A stretch of 63,886 nt of DNA, filler included, from Octopus bimaculoides (Eukaryota): NCBI RefSeq assembly GCF_001194135.2. It is 6 parts of 4 records of this genome, joined end to end, with 100 filler letters (N's around TTAATTAATTAA, not from the genome) between each part and the next. Parts side by side here need not be neighbours in the genome. Positions count along the whole stretch, not along the records: positions 53,065 to 62,484 come from NC_068985.1; positions 62,585 to 63,886 come from NC_068985.1; 4 more parts are not named here. One strand, written 5' to 3'. The notes under the pieces were generated by a model, which was not told the DNA's origin, did no database searches, and saw nothing but the letters and a program-made list of their open reading frames with translations. Both the position numbers and the translations under genes were made by a program. Below, in pieces: positions 60,931 through 63,886 of this stretch. The first letter of the stretch is position 1. Each line of letters opens with the position of its first letter.

Positions 60931-61427
60931 TTTATCTAATTGCCGTTCATACATTGTACTACGAAAAGTTATTCCATTTATCCATTGGTCAATAATACTG
61001 GGCTCTAAAGACAATACAGCATAGGGTGAAAGGAATTGCAATATTCAACCGTGTCGCTACAAAATCATCACTATCTCAACTACGAATATGAATTCTCACT
61101 CCTTACCACAAAAAGTTCTACCGATTCCTTCTGGAGTTCTGTTAGTCGTTACTCAAAGAAGACTTATATCAAATCAGTATTTCTGCATGCATAAAGACTG
61201 TTGATTTCAAAGATTTCTTGATTTTTCCTAGTGGGCGAACGATTCTGCCAGCTAATAATAATAATAATAATAATAATGTTTTTTTATGTTTTCTTTTCAA
61301 TACAGTAAACATAAGAGCACCACAGCAAACCACAGCACATACCCAAGGCGCACAGAGCTGCGCTCAGTAGTGAAGTGAAAGCACGTTATAAAAATAAAAC
61401 TACTGAACAATAATAATAATAATAATA

Positions 61428-61635
61428 TTTACAATAGTCTCAAGACCTGAAATTTGGGGGAAGGGGTCAGCCGATACATTCACCTCAGTACTCAACAGGT
61501 GCATATTCTATAGACCCCTAAACATGAAAGACTAAGTCAACCTCGGCGGAATTTGAACTCAGAACGTAAAGACGGACGAAATACTGCTAAGCATTTTGCC
61601 TGGTGTGCTAACGATTCTGCCAGCTCGCCGCCTTA
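61428..61635 (-). mobile_element. SINE-2, full length, between (TAA)n and (TAC)n(TAA)n
   Basis: GGAATTTGAACTCAGAACG..GCTAACGATTCTGCCAGCTCGCCGCCTTA. Confidence 0.9.
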
Positions 61636-61636
61636 T

Positions 61637-61686
<50 letters not shown>

Positions 61687-61710
61687 ATAATAATAATAAT
61701 AATAATAATA

Positions 61711-61900
61711 ATCCTTTTTTCTATAGGAACAAAACCTGAAACTTGGTGGGAGGGGTTAGCCGATTACATCGACCCCAATATTCAAGAGGTACTTATTTTA
61801 TCGACTCCGAATGGATGAAAGGCAAAGTTGACTTCGGCGGAATTTGAACTCAGAACGTAAAGACAGGCGGAATACCGCTAAGCATTTCGCTCGACGTGCC
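61711..61900 (-). mobile_element. SINE-2, tandem with the previous copy
   Basis: Same family body; 5' end clipped. Confidence 0.88.
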
Positions 61901-62431
61901 AAGAAAACAGTAATTGCAGAGGAATGTCAGGTGCATCAGTACCAATAATTTCTACCTAGTGTCCGAATTTGAGCTTAGAATATGAAAAACTATCAGAGTA
62001 TAAAGTCATATTGGGATATATTAAGACACGTGTACTTAAAACAACAAGATGTTCATTCGAGTCTCTATTTTAGGACTTTGTACGCGCATGCAGAAACGGG
62101 CTCACACAGACGCACGCGCGCATGCACAGGCACGTTCGCAGGCACACACGAACGCAAATAGCCAAAAACATACTGATGCAGAAAAATATAAAATATAACT
62201 TTCTAAACAAATTAACATTCAGGGATTTACGTTAAAACATTTACTAATATTCGCAGATTCACACAAGCGCGTGCGCCTCATACTTGCACACGCACAGACA
62301 CACACAAACACAAACACATACACACATATACACACGCAAACATACGCATAAAGAGCGCGAGCAATGAAGCGAGAGAGTTAGCGAACGAGAGACTGAGAAA
62401 GAGAGAGCGAGGGATAGAGTAAGAAAGAGAA

Positions 62432-62484
<53 letters not shown>

Positions 62485-62584
62485 NNNNNNNNNNNNNNNN
62501 NNNNNNNNNNNNNNNNNNNNNNNNNNNNTTAATTAATTAANNNNNNNNNNNNNNNNNNNNNNNNNNNNNNNNNNNNNNNNNNNN
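62485..62584. other. Artificial scaffold linker (TTAATTAATTAA at 62529-62540)
   Basis: Same design as the other linkers. Confidence 0.9.
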
Positions 62585-62598
62585 TATATATATATATA

Positions 62599-63883
62599 TT
62601 GGGTCATCCCATAAATAATGCGGATTTTTTCAATTACATGAACCAAAAGTCGGAGGGAGACGGGATACATCAATTTACTATCAAAACAGGCAGTAATTTT
62701 AACCTGTACTTATTCTTAGAGCAAGTTTTGAAGAGTGCAGTTTGATTTTAACAGTCATTTTTTTCAAAGCTATAATGGAAGTGACAAAGGAGCATATTCG
62801 GCATATTTTGATTTATGAGTTCAATAAAGGCAACAACTCAACGGAAAGTGCAAGGAATAATAATGCAGAATATCGGGATCGGACAATAAGCATAAGCAAG
62901 TGTCAGCGGTGGTTTCAGAAATTCCAAGCCGGAAACTACAACCTAGAAGACGAGCCTCGTCCTGGAAGATCTGTAGAGCTCGACGAGGACATCTTGCAAA
63001 ACCTGGTGGAACAAAATCACATCGTAACTGTTGAGGAACCAGCAGAGAAGCTTGGATTTGGTCATTCAATCATTCATTGGAACCTGCGTGCCATCGGAAA
63101 AGTCAGCAGATTGGGTCAATGGGTTCCTCACAAACTTTCCATGTGTAATCGTGCACAGAGAGTGAATGTGTGCTCTTCTTTGCTGTCACGTCTCACGAAT
63201 GAACCTTTTTTGGACCGAATAGTGACTGGTGACAAGAAATGGGTTCTCTATAACAATGTCAAGCGCCGAAGACAGTGGGTTGGGAAAGGAGAAACACCAG
63301 CTCCCCAGGCTAAAGAAGATCTTCACCAACGTAAGGTGTTCTCATCTGTTTGGTAGTATATGAATGGTTTAGTCCATTTTGAACTTTTAAACCTAAGCCA
63401 AACGATAACAAAGGAGATCTACAGCATTCAGCTTGAACGACTTAAGTAAGCGCTAGAAGAAAAACGACTATTTTTAGCTTCAAGACGAAAGGTATTCTGC
63501 CATCAGTGTAATGCTCGGCCACATACAGCGAGAATGACATTCCAAAAACTGGGGCAGTTTGAATGGGAAACGATTCCCCACCAACAATATTCGACGGACA
63601 TTGCCCCATCTGATTATCATTTATTCCGCAGTCTTCAAAATCATTTGAACGGAAAAAATATGAATTCTGTAGACAAGGTGAAAACAGTACTGGAGGAGTA
63701 TTTTTTGTCACGGACAACTAAATTTTGGAAGAGGGGCCTTCCAAGCTTACCAGATAGATGGAAGGGCATTGTAGAAAATGAAGGAGCGTATATTTTACGT
63801 AGATTTAAAATAACTTTGTTTATCTTAATTTTGAAAAATAAAGAAATATAAAAATACCCGCATTATTTATGGGATGATCCAAA
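62599..63883 (+). mobile_element. Full-length mariner element (~1.29 kb) with TIRs and TA flanks
   Basis: TA|TTGGGTCATCCCATAAATAATGCGG..CCGCATTATTTATGGGATGATCCAAA|TA. Confidence 0.93.
62775..63851 (+). pseudogene. Mariner transposase pseudogene (one reading frame, two premature stops, second catalytic Asp lost)
   Basis: MEVTKEHIRH..WFQKF..WVPHKL..IVTGDKKW..W*Y..LK*A..HQCNARPH..YSTDIAPSDYHLF; ORFs 62742-63356 and 63534-63851 are in the same frame. Confidence 0.92.
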
Positions 63884-63886
63884 TAT

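Noticed and set aside
62080-62130. Two GCGCATGC (NRF1-like) motifs
   Set aside because: Embedded in decayed (CA/CG)n repeat; likely by-products

Overview
AT-rich, microsatellite-saturated animal genomic DNA from a draft assembly with many N gaps. The repeat complement suggests a coleoid cephalopod, probably Octopus (inference; no database search was run). Five identical N44-TTAATTAATTAA-N44 linkers split the window into six segments whose true adjacency is uncertain. No host protein-coding gene, rRNA, genuine tRNA or CRISPR array can be supported, and almost all long ORFs in the track are N-gap or microsatellite artefacts. The window holds a broad set of transposable elements: three tRNA-headed SINE families (my labels SINE-1/2/3), CR1-group, RTE and Tx1 LINE relics, four R4/Dong-type RLE retrotransposon pieces at (TAA)n, a Penelope-like (Neptune-type) RT+GIY-YIG relic, three mariners, a Tc1, a hAT relic, Helitron-type elements and several MITEs. 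The most notable signal is a set of short non-coding fold-back elements carrying minimal type I hammerhead ribozyme motifs (240-515, 21755-22227, 24072-24355, 32067-32376, possibly 25500-25944). Each has an inverted copy of its own 3' end. Two of them share a downstream run of hairpins with compensatory base changes, suggesting a structured, self-cleaving, non-autonomous Penelope-type or retrozyme-like RNA system. All alignments and identities were estimated by eye.
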